Of a stretch of DNA of 64,000 nt, positions 63,395 to 64,000 are shown in pieces. The DNA is from Cirrosporium novae-zelandiae (lineage: Eukaryota), in contig JAPETS010000002.1 in the NCBI GenBank assembly GCA_026023565.1, positions 496,001 through 560,000 of the forward strand, read 5' to 3'. Within the stretch, counting starts at the first letter, position 1. Every line of letters begins with the position of its first letter. The translations under genes and the position numbers were made by a program. The notes under the pieces were generated by a model that saw nothing but the letters and a program-made list of their open reading frames with translations, had not been told where the DNA came from and made no database searches.

Positions 63395-64000
63395 ACATAT
63401 ATATAATTATATCCTCACACTTTAAAAATTTCCCCTTTTTTTAGTTAGTTCTCATTACATGAGATAGGTTTGGTAAAAGGACGTGGAGTGTTAGCTAACT
63501 TGTAGTAGTAGATATCCAGTATTAGGGTATATATAATCTGGGTACGCCATAGTAAGAAGCAACAGCAATAATGATAGCAATAATAACGCCAACACCAGCA
63601 TCGATAACAGACAAAAGCACAACCGATCAGTCGGTCGGTAGATCAATCGGTTCATCGAAATCCGTCGAATGAAGCCTTTATCAAGAACTCCTTACTGAAA
63701 TCCTTCTCCAAGATGTAAGGTAGAGATAGGGGTAGAGGTAGGGGGGAGCTAACGAGTTCCGAGTGTGAAGAAAGAGGACGAGTTTGGCTGAATGTATGTA
63801 TGGAGGGCGTGAGAAGGGTGAGTAAGTGGTGGTAGAGGCGGAGATGGTTTGTCGTTGCTTGGGTTCGACGGCTGGATTGAGATTGAGGGTGAAGGTGAAG
63901 ATAAAAGTGAAGAGGTATCTCGATTCAGTGATATCCTACATTCCGCTCCCCCTTTGTCTTTCTTAACGCCTCAGTTTCCCTGTCTCTGCTTGGTCATCTA

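Overview
Eukaryotic, intron-containing DNA from a filamentous ascomycete (GT..CTAAC..AG introns, a Zn2Cys6 factor, a PTH11-like receptor, fungal CCT8/PWP1/MRPL31). About 21 protein genes can be supported: a mitochondrial PPR protein running off the left edge, a divergent MFS (allantoate-permease type) / adenine-adenosine deaminase pair, a TRI101-type acyltransferase, a PTH11-like membrane protein, an orphan protein with a WD40-like C-terminus, an amino-acid permease, PWP1, CMC2, a SulP sulfate permease, a Zn2Cys6 TF next to a divergent aldo-keto reductase pair, a DUF3176-type membrane protein, an annexin, a GH43-CBM enzyme, MRPL31, CCT8 and some hypotheticals. There is also a GMC oxidoreductase pseudogene. 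The most unusual items are: (i) a 1.7-kb nest of small non-coding mobile elements at 43.2-44.9 kb, where three 113-154 bp TGTTAC...TAACA elements with 5-bp target duplications and a TA-flanked MITE sit inside one arm of a larger foldback element; (ii) a deaminase whose catalytic HxxE motif reads HCDVE, paired with a transporter across a GATA-rich promoter; (iii) a TF plus two-reductase module whose shared promoter holds a 29-bp tandem repeat and CGGCCG palindromes. No CRISPR, rRNA or tRNA was recognised. All family calls are motif recognition by eye, not database searches, and many intron boundaries are approximate.
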